A DNA stretch of 64,000 nt from an uncultured Alphaproteobacteria bacterium (GCA_947053455.1 CAMRSV010000002.1:1-64000); one strand, 5' to 3'. Shown: positions 53,398 through 63,902, numbered from the stretch's first letter. Translations and numbers: made by a program. The notes: generated by a model not told the origin, from the letters alone.

Positions 53398-54358
53398 ATC
53401 TCTTCCTAAAACTTGTTTTTGCCCCTTCTGGCACAATCAAAATTTTACCGCCCAGACGCCGCACCGTACAATGCCCCAACGTAAATTTGCAATCGTGTTG
53501 CAATTTATCTAGTGCGATATTTAACGAATTCAAGCGCGGTCTGTACTCATCCCCCCCTATTTTTTGAATAAGCGTTCCCAGCAACTTTAGTCTAATATCC
53601 ATGCCCTGGTCAAACAGAAAAGAATCAGAAAACATTGCATACCCATCATGCATAACATGTGCGACATGTTCGTCAATGTCCGTATCAATCGCGTCACGCA
53701 CCCGCCCCAGATTTTTTATAGCCAGTAATATTCTATCGTCGCTGATTCCTAGCTTTTCAGACAACATATGACGATTTTTACGAATTTTAACACGCGTGTA
53801 CTTCTCGTCATCATTCATTTCATCGCAAAAATATTTTATGGCGTTATCATCGCAATATTTTTTCAGTTCTGTGCGCGATACCTCTAATAATGGTCGCACG
53901 ATTTTCACCCCGTCGCGAAATGTCACCGTCTGCATCGCAGATAGCCCGGCAAGCCCGCTGCCCCGTCCCAGATTCATCAGAAATGTTTCAATCTGGTCAT
54001 CGGCCTGATGCGCGACAAAAAGCGCATCTATGTCATTTTCACGGCAAAAATCCGTCATAAATTTATATCGTGCGGCACGTGCCGCGGCCTCTAGGCCTGA
54101 CGACGGCTTTGCGCCGGCCCATTTGAACACATGGCATGGAATCCCCAGTTCCGCACACATATGTTGAACATAAGCGGCCTCGGTATCGGCGGCGGGACGC
54201 AACCCATGATTTACATGCAATGCAACCACATCCGCCCCAACACGCCCCAACCAGCATAGCAGGCACACCGAATCCACACCACCAGATATGGCCACGGCAA
54301 TTTTCTGGTCGGTGTAATTATGCATAAAATCAACAAACTTTTTATTCATCGTCGCCAT
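53372..54358 (-). CDS. tilS: tRNA(Ile)-lysidine synthetase
   Basis: SGGVDS, HVNHGLR, AARY, AHQADDQIET, RPLL. Confidence 0.95.
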   Translation of the reverse strand: MATMNKKFVDFMHNYTDQKIAVAISGGVDSVCLLCWLGRVGADVVALHVNHGLRPAADTEAAYVQHMCAELGIPCHVFKWAGAKPSSGLEAAARAARYKFMTDFCRENDIDALFVAHQADDQIETFLMNLGRGSGLAGLSAMQTVTFRDGVKIVRPLLEVSRTELKKYCDDNAIKYFCDEMNDDEKYTRVKIRKNRHMLSEKLGISDDRILLAIKNLGRVRDAIDTDIDEHVAHVMHDGYAMFSDSFLFDQGMDIRLKLLGTLIQKIGGDEYRPRLNSLNIALDKLQHDCKFTLGHCTVRRLGGKILIVPEGAKTSFRKRYEKNKRNI

Positions 54359-54398
54359 ATTTTATGCTATAATTCGCAAAAATAAAGGGAAAAAGAAA

Positions 54399-54959
54399 AT
54401 GGCGCAAAAATTAAAATCAATCGCGGTATATTGCGGTCATCAATTCGGGAACAAACCGGATTTTGCGCGTGATGCGGCAAAAATCGGCGAAATGTTGGCA
54501 AAAAACGGGATAAAAATGGTTTTTGGCGGTGGCAACGTCGGATTGATGGGTACGGTGGCCAGCGCAGCATTGGCCAACGGGGGCCACGTGACGGGCATAA
54601 CAACACATGATGTTGTCGCAAAACAAGAACCCATGCACGACGGCATAGACGAATTTGAAATCGTTGGCGGCGTAAATGAAAGAAAGCAGAAAATGTTTGA
54701 ATTATCCGACGGTTTTATAATTCTGCCAGGTGGGACGGGAACCTTAAATGAATTAACCGACATAATGACGATGCAGCAAATTGGCGAAACGAAAAAGCCA
54801 TTGTTCTTTATGAACACAAAAAACTTCTGGGGGCCATTTGCGCGCCTGCTAGTTCATATGAAGCAATCCGGATTTTTTGTCCACCCCGAAGATTACAACA
54901 TGCAGGGCGCCACAACCCCCGAAGAATTAATGGAACTGGTTTTGAACTATCGCGATTAA
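54399..54959 (+). CDS. LOG family nucleotide monophosphate nucleosidase
   Basis: GGGNVGLMG, RK..M, PGG.GTL.E. Confidence 0.9.
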   Translation: MAQKLKSIAVYCGHQFGNKPDFARDAAKIGEMLAKNGIKMVFGGGNVGLMGTVASAALANGGHVTGITTHDVVAKQEPMHDGIDEFEIVGGVNERKQKMFELSDGFIILPGGTGTLNELTDIMTMQQIGETKKPLFFMNTKNFWGPFARLLVHMKQSGFFVHPEDYNMQGATTPEELMELVLNYRD

Positions 54960-55177
54960 TACTCAATAACCTTGTCGCGGGATGTGAGCCCACGAATGAT
55001 TTTAATGCTGGTTTTCGGTACATCCAAATGCCGAGCCAGCATTTTTATCACCGCCGCATTCGCGTCGCCATCCGCGGGCGCGGCGGTTGTATAAACGCGC
55101 AATGTGCCGTCTGTGGCGCTTTCCACCGCATTGCGACGCGCACGCGGAATAACCCTAATATTTATTCGCACAGGCAT
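54956..55177 (-). CDS. DUF167/YggU family protein
   Basis: V.PRA, APADGDAN, G.TSRDK. Confidence 0.85.
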   Translation of the reverse strand: MPVRINIRVIPRARRNAVESATDGTLRVYTTAAPADGDANAAVIKMLARHLDVPKTSIKIIRGLTSRDKVIEY

Positions 55178-55542
55178 TTCACCATTTTACCCAGTTCCAC
55201 CGTCTTTTCACCAGCCATCAAGTGCATATGGAAATGAAACACAGACTGCTTTATAAACGGGGCATCCGCACCGGCATTAGCCAACGCGTTAAAATTCGCA
55301 TCAATCCCTAAAATTTGCGCCGTTTTGGCAAAGCATTCCCAGAATCCGGCCTGGGCAGATGCCGGGGCATGCGTCGCAAAATCTAAAATGTTTTCATATT
55401 CGCCCTTGGGTATAATAAGCGCATGCTTTGAAAACAATGGATTTATATCATGAAAACTTAACGCAAAATCGTTTTCATATATTTTATTGCACGGAATTTC
55501 ACCGCGAATTATTTTTGCAAACACATTTTCTTTGTCATACAT
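55162..55542 (-). CDS. HIT family protein
   Basis: NVFAKIIRGEIPC, F.DINP, QSVFHFHMH. Confidence 0.92.
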   Translation of the reverse strand: MYDKENVFAKIIRGEIPCNKIYENDFALSFHDINPLFSKHALIIPKGEYENILDFATHAPASAQAGFWECFAKTAQILGIDANFNALANAGADAPFIKQSVFHFHMHLMAGEKTVELGKMVKCLCE

Positions 55543-55656
55543 ATTTATATTCCCCTTGTCCGTATGTAAAAACAATATTACACTGTGGTTATAAAATCAA
55601 GCCTTGAAATGCGCGACCGACGCATTATATTAAACGCAAGAGCCAAGGAGAAACAC

Positions 55657-55941
55657 ATGTTCAAACCATTACACAATTATGTATTACTGGAAAGAATCGA
55701 AGAAGAAAACAAAACAGCGGGCGGCATCATAATCCCGGACAACGCACGTGAAAAACCATCACGTGGTCGCGTGGTTGCATGCGGCGACGGCACAACGGAA
55801 AACGGCGTTAAAATCCCTATGTCGGTAAAGCCTGACGACACGGTTCTGTTTGCGAAATGGGCATCCAGTGCAAACGAAGTCAAAATAGACGGCAAAGACT
55901 ATGTATTGATAAAGGAAACCGATATTTTGGGAATTTTATAA
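55657..55941 (+). CDS. groES: Co-chaperonin GroES
   Basis: KPLHNYVL, KTAGGIIIPD.A.EKP, IKETDILGI. Confidence 0.97.
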   Translation: MFKPLHNYVLLERIEEENKTAGGIIIPDNAREKPSRGRVVACGDGTTENGVKIPMSVKPDDTVLFAKWASSANEVKIDGKDYVLIKETDILGIL

Positions 55942-55965
55942 AATTCAAAAGGAAAGGAATAGAAA

Positions 55966-57585
55966 ATGGCAAAAGATATTGTTTTTAATACGGACAAACT
56001 GGCTGCAGGCGTTGATAAATTGGCCGACGCGGTAAAAATCACCATGGGTCCCAAGGGGCGCACAGTCGTAATAGACAAGTCATACGGCGCACCCGTCGCA
56101 ACCAAAGACGGCGTTACCGTGGCCAAGGCGGTATCATTAAAAGACCCGGCCGAAAACATCGGTGCACGCATGGTTCAAGAAGTTGCGAAAAAGGCCGGCG
56201 ACGATGCCGGTGACGGCACCACAACGGCGACCGTTTTGGCACAAAAACTAATCCGCGAAGGGCGCCGCGTTATCGCCGCGGGTATGAACCCCATGGACAT
56301 CAAACGCGGAATTGACGTTGCAGTTGCGGCCGTTGTTGATGATATTGACGCGCACGCCCGCCCGGTAAAAAACAGCGCCGAAATCGCCCAGGTTGCGACG
56401 ATTTCTGCCAATTCCGATGCAGACATTGGTAAAAAAATTGCCGATGCAATGGAAAAGGTTGGCAAAGAAGGCGTCATCACCGTTGAAGAGGCCAAGGGAT
56501 TGGAAACCGAAATTGATGTTGTAGAAGGCATGCAATTCGACCAGGGATTCATGTCGCCCTATTTCGTGACAAATAGTGAAAAAATGCTGGCCGAGCTGGA
56601 CGGTGCGCAGATTTTGGTGTCTGAAAAGAAAATCACGGGGTTGCAGGCGTTGCTGCCGATACTGGAACCAATTGCGCAATCGGGCCGGCCGCTACTGATT
56701 ATTGCCGAAGACGTTGAATCCGAGGCATTGGCAACATTGGTCTTGAACCGGTTGCGTGGGGGATTAAAAGTATGCGCGGTCAAGGCACCGGGCTTTGGCG
56801 ATAGACGCAAAGAAATGCTGAAAGACATCGCGACGGTCACCGGCGCAACGGTAATATCCGATGATATGGGCATGACATTTGAAAATATTTCAATGGATAT
56901 GCTGGGCACAGCCAAGAAAGTTGTTGTCAGCAAAGATTCAACATTACTGGCGCACGGCGGCGGTGATAAAAAGGCGATTGCGGCGCGCGCGGATGAAATT
57001 CGCGTGGCGCTATCGAACACAACCAGCGAATACGACCGTGAAAAATTGTCGGAAAGACTGGCCAAATTGGTCGGCGGTGTCGCAGTTATAAAGGTTGGCG
57101 GCATGACCGAGGTTGAGGTTAAAGAAAAGAAAGACCGCGTTGACGACGCATTGGCGGCAACACGCGCCGCGGTGGCCAGTGGCATCGTCGCGGGCGGCGG
57201 CGTGGCATTGGTTCGCGCGGTCAAGGCACTGGAAAAATTAAAGGGCGAGAACACAGACCAGAATGTCGGAATTGACATTGTGCGTCGCACGCTTGTTGCG
57301 CCATGCGCCCAGATTGCAGAAAACGCGGGCGTATCGGGCGAAATCGTTGTTGGCAAGGTTATGGAAGCCAAAGATTACAATTTTGGCTATAACGCACAAA
57401 CCGGCGAATACGTCGACATGATGAAGGCGGGCATTATCGACCCGGCCAAAGTCGTCAAGACCGCAATTGCCGCCGCCGCCAGCACGGCGGGCGTAATGCT
57501 GACCACAGGATGCGTAATGTCGGAAATTCCCGAAGAAAAACCGGCCACCCCACAAATGCCGGGTGGCATGCCGGGCATGATGTAA
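55966..57585 (+). CDS. groEL: Chaperonin GroEL
   Basis: [35 protein letters not shown] tail. Confidence 0.99.
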   Translation: MAKDIVFNTDKLAAGVDKLADAVKITMGPKGRTVVIDKSYGAPVATKDGVTVAKAVSLKDPAENIGARMVQEVAKKAGDDAGDGTTTATVLAQKLIREGRRVIAAGMNPMDIKRGIDVAVAAVVDDIDAHARPVKNSAEIAQVATISANSDADIGKKIADAMEKVGKEGVITVEEAKGLETEIDVVEGMQFDQGFMSPYFVTNSEKMLAELDGAQILVSEKKITGLQALLPILEPIAQSGRPLLIIAEDVESEALATLVLNRLRGGLKVCAVKAPGFGDRRKEMLKDIATVTGATVISDDMGMTFENISMDMLGTAKKVVVSKDSTLLAHGGGDKKAIAARADEIRVALSNTTSEYDREKLSERLAKLVGGVAVIKVGGMTEVEVKEKKDRVDDALAATRAAVASGIVAGGGVALVRAVKALEKLKGENTDQNVGIDIVRRTLVAPCAQIAENAGVSGEIVVGKVMEAKDYNFGYNAQTGEYVDMMKAGIIDPAKVVKTAIAAAASTAGVMLTTGCVMSEIPEEKPATPQMPGGMPGMM

Positions 57586-57631
57586 TATAAATGCCCTATA
57601 ATTTATACCGCCCCGGATTGGGGCGGTAATA

Positions 57632-57850
57632 TTATTCATTAAAATACGGTGGTAAATGCAATGAACGATGCGTTGCCGATATAAAACAAATCAATTGAAA
57701 TGTACTGGGGGTATATCGACCGCTTATGAACCGTTGATATTCTGCGTCCGTCATACAAAGCGCGGTTTGCGCAATATGGTCGGGGATGTTTAATTCGTCT
57801 TGGATTTGACGGACCTGTTGATATAGTTTTAGCGCAGGTTTTCTTTCCAT
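57632..57850 (-). CDS. Small XRE-like HTH protein, paralog of 4868-5104
   Basis: IQDELNIPDHIAQTALCMTDAEYQRFISG..PSTFQLICFISAT; SD GGGGGA. Confidence 0.75.
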   Translation of the reverse strand: MERKPALKLYQQVRQIQDELNIPDHIAQTALCMTDAEYQRFISGRYTPSTFQLICFISATHRSLHLPPYFNE

Positions 57851-57881
57851 GCCTAATTTCCCCCATATTTTGAAATCAAAC

Positions 57882-58058
57882 AAAAAACCACTAGAAAACT
57901 TTCAAGTGGTTGGAGGTTGAGAACTATAATTCTCGGAAAATAGTGCCACTTATTTATATATATCGTGACCCTCCAACCTGCTGGTTGGAGATGTTTTTTG
58001 TCATCACTGACACCGAAAATTGAGATTCTCATATCTCAAATAGTATACTACTATCACT
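57882..58058 (-). ncRNA. Structured RNA cassette, copy F
   Basis: Promoter TTGCAA-16-TAAAAT; target TGAGAAT..AATTTTCGG vs guide CCGAGAATT..GTTCTCA; terminator nearly identical to that of copy A. Confidence 0.75.
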
Positions 58059-58149
58059 TGTAATTTTAACACACAGGAATCAAATTGCAAACAATTTATT
58101 ATCCATTGGATTGCCACGCCACCCGGCGCCCCACAATGACAAATAAAAA

Positions 58150-58320
58150 TCATCAAAAAACTTTCATGCAGTTGGAGGTTAAGAACTATAATACTCAATA
58201 GTGCCTGTTATTCAACATATTCACAGGCCTCCAACCACAAATATGATTGGAAGATTGTTTCGCCATCTCATGCGTATACGAACAGGTTATGAAGCCTGGT
58301 GACAAAACTCTTGTCACTGT
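58150..58320 (-). ncRNA. Structured RNA cassette, copy G (target does not match its own guide)
   Basis: Target TTCATAAC..TTCGTATA matches the guide of copy H; own guide is GAGTATT..GTTCTTAA; no clear terminator. Confidence 0.7.
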
Positions 58321-58371
58321 TGAATAACATATCACAATTTTATAAAAAATCAAATATAAAGAATTGAAAAA

Positions 58372-58523
58372 TTATTTAGGTTGGAGCTTCATAACAATCG
58401 TATAAATTGCATGACTTATTGGATATTCGTCATACTCCAACCCATATAAAGTTGGAGATGTATCGCCATCTCATGCGTATACGAACAGTTTATGAAGACT
58501 GGCAAAAGCAACACGCCTTTGCA
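58372..58523 (-). ncRNA. Structured RNA cassette, copy H (ortholog of B)
   Basis: Promoter TTGCAA-17-TATAGT; 5' hairpin TGCAAAGGCGTGTTGCTTTTG identical to B; guides TATACGA and GTTATGAA. Confidence 0.75.
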
Positions 58524-58576
58524 TTAAGTACTATATCCTAATTATTCAGAATTTGCAATAAGTAAAAACCAAGGGC

Positions 58577-58607
58577 AAAAAATCCCCGCGACCGCGGGGA
58601 TTTTTTT
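58577..58607 (-). terminator. Terminator of rne
   Basis: AAAAAATCCCCGCG-AC-CGCGGGGATTTTTTT. Confidence 0.85.
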
Positions 58608-58614
58608 GTTTTAT

Positions 58615-60408
58615 TTAGCCGATTATTTTCTGCCATATGGTTTTCTTTTTCGGCTGTTTCTTGCGGCGGCGGCGCGGCGCATTCATTGTTGTTTTTTTCG
58701 CATCCGCATGCTGCACATTTTTCTTTTTAACGTCGGTTGACGGTGCATGCGCGGTCAACAATTCTTCCGTTTTGTTCTGTTCCGGGGCAACACGCTGAAT
58801 TGAATACTGGTCAATATTCATCAGGCTATCATCACCCACAATTACGATTTCGGTTTCGAACTTGGCCTCCATTTCTGCCAATTCCGCACGCTTGTGATTT
58901 AGCAGATACACCGCCACATCCGTCGGTACGGTCATGATGATTTTCTGCGCGGCCTTGGCCAACAATTTTTCCTGTAGATGACGGAACATTATTATTGCGG
59001 CGGTCTGAATACTGGGCACAACACCCGCCCCCATGCAGTACGGGCACTGAACATAAGACGATTCCATAAAACTACTGCGCAGTCTTTGGCGCGACAGCAT
59101 CAAAACCCCAAAATTATTAATCTTGGCCACCTGGGTGCGTGCACGGTCGCGTTTCATAACCTCGCGCATTTTTAGTTCCAGTTTGCGATTGTTGCGTTCT
59201 TCCTCCATATCAATAAAGTCAATCGCGACAATACCCGCCAAATCGCGCAGGCGCAGTTGCAGGGCGATTTCCTCGGCTGCCTCCAAATTGGTGTTAAGCG
59301 CCGTTTGCTCAATATCCTTTTCCTTAATCGCGCGCGATGAATTAACGTCAATTGTAACCATCGCCTCGGTCTGATTTATAACCAATGAGCCGCCCGACGG
59401 CAACTGAACGTATGGACCGTGCAGACCCTCTAACTGCTTTTCAACGCCGGCCTTTACCATTAATGGAACGCCTGCATCCTTGTAATTCACCAATTGTTTG
59501 CGCGGGGCGCGGCCGTACATTTGCTGAAAATATTGTTTCGCGGCTTCAAACGCCTCTTCGCCCTGGATAATTAATACATCATCCTTGTCCGACAGGAAAT
59601 CGCGCACAACGCGACGCAGAAGCGAATCTTCGGTATGAATAGTTACCGGCGCAACCGATTCCAATGTGGTCTTGCGAATTTCATTCCACAAATTGACCAA
59701 GTAATCATAGTCCGCCGCGATATCCGCCGCCGACGCGCCAAACGCCGCCGTGCGCAGGACAACCGTCATTCCCTTTGGAATTTTTAACCCGTGCAGAATT
59801 TCACGCAAACGCGCGCGTTCGGGTTTGTCCGAAATCTTTTTGGAAATACCGTAACTGTTACGCTTGCGGGAATTGGGCATCAATACCGCAAACCGTCCCG
59901 CCAATGACAGGTACGTCGTCATGGACGCACCCTTTTGACCGCGTTCTTCCTTCACGCCCTGAACCAGCAAGATTTGTTTCGGCTTAATAACATCCTGAAT
60001 TTTGAATTCACGCGCGCGCTTGGCAAATTCCTTGTTGTCTTCGCCGGCACTCTGGTCATCATATTCGGCGACTTCGTCCCCTTCGTCATCGGGGTCATCA
60101 TCATCGTCAACGATGTTGGCATGCGCCAATTCCAGTAATTTTTTCTTTTGCTCGGCCGTTACCTGATAATATTCGGGGTTGATTTCCGAAAACGGTAAAA
60201 ATCCGTTCTTGCCCGAACCGTAATCAACAAACGCCGCCTGCAGCGATGGTTCAACACGAATTACTTTTGCAAGATAAATATTTCCCTTTATCTGGGGCTT
60301 GGTCGTGGTTTCAACATCAAAATCAGAAACACGATTTGTTGCGGTATCCACAACAACGACGCGTGTTTCCTCCGGGTGGACTGCATCCACATAAATTTTC
60401 TTTGACAT
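58615..60408 (-). CDS. rne: Ribonuclease E/G family endoribonuclease
   Basis: IDA-like VDAVHPEETRV, KGNIYLAKV.RVEPSLQAAF, IDVNS, IDFIDM, CPYC.G.G; acidic S1 insertion typical of alphaproteobacteria. Confidence 0.95.
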   Translation of the reverse strand: MSKKIYVDAVHPEETRVVVVDTATNRVSDFDVETTTKPQIKGNIYLAKVIRVEPSLQAAFVDYGSGKNGFLPFSEINPEYYQVTAEQKKKLLELAHANIVDDDDDPDDEGDEVAEYDDQSAGEDNKEFAKRAREFKIQDVIKPKQILLVQGVKEERGQKGASMTTYLSLAGRFAVLMPNSRKRNSYGISKKISDKPERARLREILHGLKIPKGMTVVLRTAAFGASAADIAADYDYLVNLWNEIRKTTLESVAPVTIHTEDSLLRRVVRDFLSDKDDVLIIQGEEAFEAAKQYFQQMYGRAPRKQLVNYKDAGVPLMVKAGVEKQLEGLHGPYVQLPSGGSLVINQTEAMVTIDVNSSRAIKEKDIEQTALNTNLEAAEEIALQLRLRDLAGIVAIDFIDMEEERNNRKLELKMREVMKRDRARTQVAKINNFGVLMLSRQRLRSSFMESSYVQCPYCMGAGVVPSIQTAAIIMFRHLQEKLLAKAAQKIIMTVPTDVAVYLLNHKRAELAEMEAKFETEIVIVGDDSLMNIDQYSIQRVAPEQNKTEELLTAHAPSTDVKKKNVQHADAKKTTMNAPRRRRKKQPKKKTIWQKIIG

Positions 60409-60614
60409 TTTGTAATCCTTTGTTTTGTGATGCGTATGCAATGGAAACAACCCGTCCCCGTGGGGCGTCCAAGCCCATGCCAAGAGAAGGCGCAATGATG
60501 ATAAACAGCGCGTCGCGGATTATTGAAAAAAGTGATAGTATAAACACCTGTATTAACCCCATGTCATACGACAAGGTTAAGCATAGCACGCCCCACCACG
60601 CAAAGGCAAGGTAT

Positions 60615-61637
60615 TTATTTTCCGGTCTTTTTATTTTTGCGAACTGGGATTCGGGGAATTTTTTCCTTGGCCTCGTTAATCCAGCGACGCATCCGCGCCC
60701 GCAGCCAGTTTTCATATATAAAGAACAGCCCGCCAACCCCGATTAATGGCAACACGTAATATATTATGCGATACGCCAACAATGCACCAAAAACACTTGC
60801 CTTGTCAATGTCGGTCGGCAATGCAATTAGGAAAATACTCTCAAACACACCGATGCCGCCGGGAACCTGGCTGAAAACGCCGGTGGTCTGCGCAATTACA
60901 AACAATCCGATAAATGTTCCAAACGGAATTGCCCAAAACGGCCGCAGGCAGAAATACAGCACCAAACCTGCCAAAACACTGTCCGTGATACCCAAAAGCA
61001 TTTGAATGATGGCCATTTGGGTTGTGGGAATCTCAAACCGAACAGTGCCGATTTTTACACTTTTACCATGAAAGAACACAGTCATTGCAAAATATGCCAA
61101 TATTGCCGCTGCACATGCGATAAATAGCGTATTAATACCGACACTGGCGCCCATGGAATTTTCAAACACATGACGCGGCACCAGAAAATATCCCATAACA
61201 ACAATCGCCGAACATCCCAGAAAATAAGTAAAACCGGATATGGTCAACATTTTTAAAATATCGCCCCCCCGAATTCGCCAACGGGTGTAAAGGCGATATC
61301 TAATCGCGCCACCAGAGACAACAGCATGCCCGGCATTATTGCTGATTGCAAAGCCCAACATCCCGGCCAGCATCCATTTCCACCAAGAAACCTTTTGATT
61401 TTCACCAACATAATTCAATGCCAGATAATCATACAGCGCCAATGCAAAATATCCCGCCAAACACGCCAGACACGCCCCCGCCAGATTAATCAGCGGAATA
61501 TCAGTAATTGCATGCCAAATGTCAGCCAAACTGTATGAATGCAATTGCCACCATAGCATACCTGCCGCCAGAATAAAAAAGAAAATCCCCGAATAACTAA
61601 TAAGTTTTTTTAGAATCCGCTTTGTCTTTGCCGACAT
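60615..61637 (-). CDS. Lysylphosphatidylglycerol synthase TM-domain (MprF flippase-like) membrane protein
   Basis: YDYLAL, GGAIRYRLY, VPGGIGVFE, LLAYRIIYY.LP. Confidence 0.85.
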   Translation of the reverse strand: MSAKTKRILKKLISYSGIFFFILAAGMLWWQLHSYSLADIWHAITDIPLINLAGACLACLAGYFALALYDYLALNYVGENQKVSWWKWMLAGMLGFAISNNAGHAVVSGGAIRYRLYTRWRIRGGDILKMLTISGFTYFLGCSAIVVMGYFLVPRHVFENSMGASVGINTLFIACAAAILAYFAMTVFFHGKSVKIGTVRFEIPTTQMAIIQMLLGITDSVLAGLVLYFCLRPFWAIPFGTFIGLFVIAQTTGVFSQVPGGIGVFESIFLIALPTDIDKASVFGALLAYRIIYYVLPLIGVGGLFFIYENWLRARMRRWINEAKEKIPRIPVRKNKKTGK

Positions 61638-61737
61638 ATAAATCCTTTTTAGCGTAGTCAAGGTTAGCAATAATATATTAAAATGCAAAGACAAAAAACA
61701 CTTTACAAATAAGGGCATTATAAATTATTATCTGCAT

Positions 61738-61938
61738 GTCACGGAATTGTTTCGTGGCGGGGCCTGATAACCCCATTCTGTGCGTCCGAACAATTATTCG
61801 GCGGTATGCGCCATTTTTGCTCTGACGATAAACAAAAAGCTCCTGGCTCATGGTCAGGAGGGTTGCGAATATAAAAATAAGCACGCAATTCACAGAATTG
61901 TTATCAGCCTCCTGACCATCATTAATTGATGGTTTTTT
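61738..61938 (+). ncRNA. Structured RNA cassette, copy I
   Basis: Stem covaries to GGTCAGGAGG/CCTCCTGACC-A; target CTGATAAC..ATTCTGTG vs guide CACAGAAT..GTTATCAG; terminator ACCATCA/TGATGGT-TTTTT. Confidence 0.75.
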
Positions 61939-61961
61939 GAGTGGTAAACTAGGGGGAAGAT

Positions 61962-62612
61962 GTGAAAAAAATATTGTTTTTTTGTATATATGCAATGAGC
62001 GCGCTGACTACAAACGGCCTTGTTGCGGCGGATTATACATCTAGTGGCACACGTGTACCAGATGATGACTATATTTATTTCAGCGACGGTTACATGTGTT
62101 CGGACACATCTATTAATTCTGTTTCAAATCCAAATTCATTCAAAATTCTTACCGATGGCCAAACACTATACGATTCACAAAAGCGCGAATTGCTGTTATG
62201 TTGTGAATTCTATGGATATTGGGTCAGCTATGGCAACGTTCAGTCCCTGCCGGCCATCCCAACATGCGGAACGAAATATAATTGGGTAAGCTTGGGCGCC
62301 AATCGCTATTGCCAGGCGACAATGAAATCAACATATGACAGATGCGATAATTTGAATGGTTCCGGCGTTATTCCCAGTTCCAATGCCACGGGCGCATGCC
62401 AATATTCCAACGGGACATGCACAACATTTACGCATTGTGGACGCGGATATTATAAAGACGGAAACACATGCATCCAATGTCCCGATGGTGGCACAACATC
62501 TGGGTATACAAACAACGGGATAACCGCATGTAAGCTGCAATCCGGCACCAATAGCGCGGATGCGACCGGAACCTTTCTTATCTCTGGCGGCAGTTGCCCC
62601 TACTTAAGCTAA
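61962..62612 (+). CDS. Secreted Cys-rich surface protein
   Basis: GTG start with SD GGGGGA, signal peptide, CGRGYYKDGNTCIQCP motif, terminal D.TGTF...CPY. Confidence 0.75.
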   Translation: MKKILFFCIYAMSALTTNGLVAADYTSSGTRVPDDDYIYFSDGYMCSDTSINSVSNPNSFKILTDGQTLYDSQKRELLLCCEFYGYWVSYGNVQSLPAIPTCGTKYNWVSLGANRYCQATMKSTYDRCDNLNGSGVIPSSNATGACQYSNGTCTTFTHCGRGYYKDGNTCIQCPDGGTTSGYTNNGITACKLQSGTNSADATGTFLISGGSCPYLS

Positions 62613-62719
62613 ACCGAACTTTATTTATTGAAACATAAAAGTCTATATCCTTTTGACAAAACTACTTGACAAATCATATTTTTGGGATATTATGCCTAGT
62701 ACGTTAACAAGGTGTATTT

Positions 62720-63463
62720 ATGTTCAATAAATTAAGAATGAAAATGGCCGCGCGTCGTGTAAAGCGTCAAAATGAACGCCGTGCCAAGAAAAAGGCCCAA
62801 AACAGCCAAATCGCAACGAAACATTGTGGCATTGGGGCATTGTGGATGCGTATCTGCAAAATCGATTTTATTGGTTTACTGAATCTGGCGTTGTTGTTGG
62901 TAATCATCGCGATTTTCTCTGTGCTGATTATTGATAATTTGAATTGCCACCGGCCGCGATTGATTGTGGCTGAAAAAAACACGCCGAATATGGAATACAA
63001 TATTACTAATACCCGGAAACCACAAAAAACACCGGCGCCTACTATGCGCACGGTTAAACCGCGTTCACAGACAAAATCACTGCCGATACTTCGCGATGCC
63101 ACGACACGCATGTATACGACTGAACCTGTAAATATTGTTCCCGTAAAAAAGGACGCCGTTATTGAACAACAGACGGTACGAAACAATAAAAATATTTATG
63201 GCGACACAATTATTGATGGTCGCGGCACAGCGCATATTTTACGCACAGGCGATACGGTCAACGGTAACCTATATTTACAAAACATGCGTAAATATACACT
63301 GCCTTGCGGGGTTACGATTCGCGGCAATTTGTTTCTGCGTGACCTAAATTTGCTGCAGTTTTGCGGGGAATTCACAGTTACTGGGAATATTTATGTAAGT
63401 CCGCGTTCATCGTTCGGACCTCTGCCGCGAACCGCACACATTGGCGGCCATCTGATATTCTAA
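62720..63463 (+). CDS. Membrane-anchored protein with C-terminal beta-helix-like repeats (GNLYL/GNLFL/GNIYV)
   Basis: One TM helix; repeated V.GNL.L; upstream TTGACA promoter. Confidence 0.7.
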   Translation: MFNKLRMKMAARRVKRQNERRAKKKAQNSQIATKHCGIGALWMRICKIDFIGLLNLALLLVIIAIFSVLIIDNLNCHRPRLIVAEKNTPNMEYNITNTRKPQKTPAPTMRTVKPRSQTKSLPILRDATTRMYTTEPVNIVPVKKDAVIEQQTVRNNKNIYGDTIIDGRGTAHILRTGDTVNGNLYLQNMRKYTLPCGVTIRGNLFLRDLNLLQFCGEFTVTGNIYVSPRSSFGPLPRTAHIGGHLIF

Positions 63464-63570
63464 TATTGCTTCTGTTAGGCTCAAAAGACCGTGCACATGT
63501 ACGGTCTTTTTTAATGGATTTGAAAAATTTGATATGTTATAATTCCCAATATCCAAACAAAGGGAAACAA

Positions 63571-63825
63571 ATGAAAACTTTTGATAAAATATTGAATGTA
63601 TTAACACGTAATATCGGATACACGATTGTACTGGTCGTGGCGATAATCCTGTTTGTATATTTTTCAAATGGCCTGATTGAAGGGGCAATTACTGCCCTGT
63701 CCGCATTAGTGGGTTATGCGTGCATATTGCAACTGCATCGCGATTATAAGCGTGCCAATGCACCACGTGCCGTACCGGCGAAAAAAGCAGCCACTAAAAA
63801 GACCCCGGCAAAAAAGAAAAAATAA
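63571..63825 (+). CDS. Small membrane protein with Lys-rich tail
   Basis: SD AGGGA, two TM helices, AKKAATKKTPAKKKK. Confidence 0.65.
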   Translation: MKTFDKILNVLTRNIGYTIVLVVAIILFVYFSNGLIEGAITALSALVGYACILQLHRDYKRANAPRAVPAKKAATKKTPAKKKK

Positions 63826-63843
63826 TAACATTTGTAATAAACT

Positions 63844-63872
63844 AAAAATCCCCACATATTGCGGGGATTTTT
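63844..63872. terminator. Bidirectional terminator
   Basis: AAAAATCCCCAC-ATATT-GCGGGGATTTTT. Confidence 0.75.
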
Positions 63873-63902
63873 ATTATCATTACGAAACAATTAATTAAAT
63901 TT

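Noticed and set aside
55590-55650. CIRCE operator upstream of groES
   Set aside because: No TTAGCACTC-N9-GAGTGCTAA; only a weak CTTGAA...TATAT promoter-like sequence.
57882-58523. CRISPR array interpretation of the tandem GGTTGGAG repeats
   Set aside because: Units are 150-250 nt, each with its own promoter-like sequence and internal structure; there are no fixed-length direct repeats with unique spacers and no cas genes.
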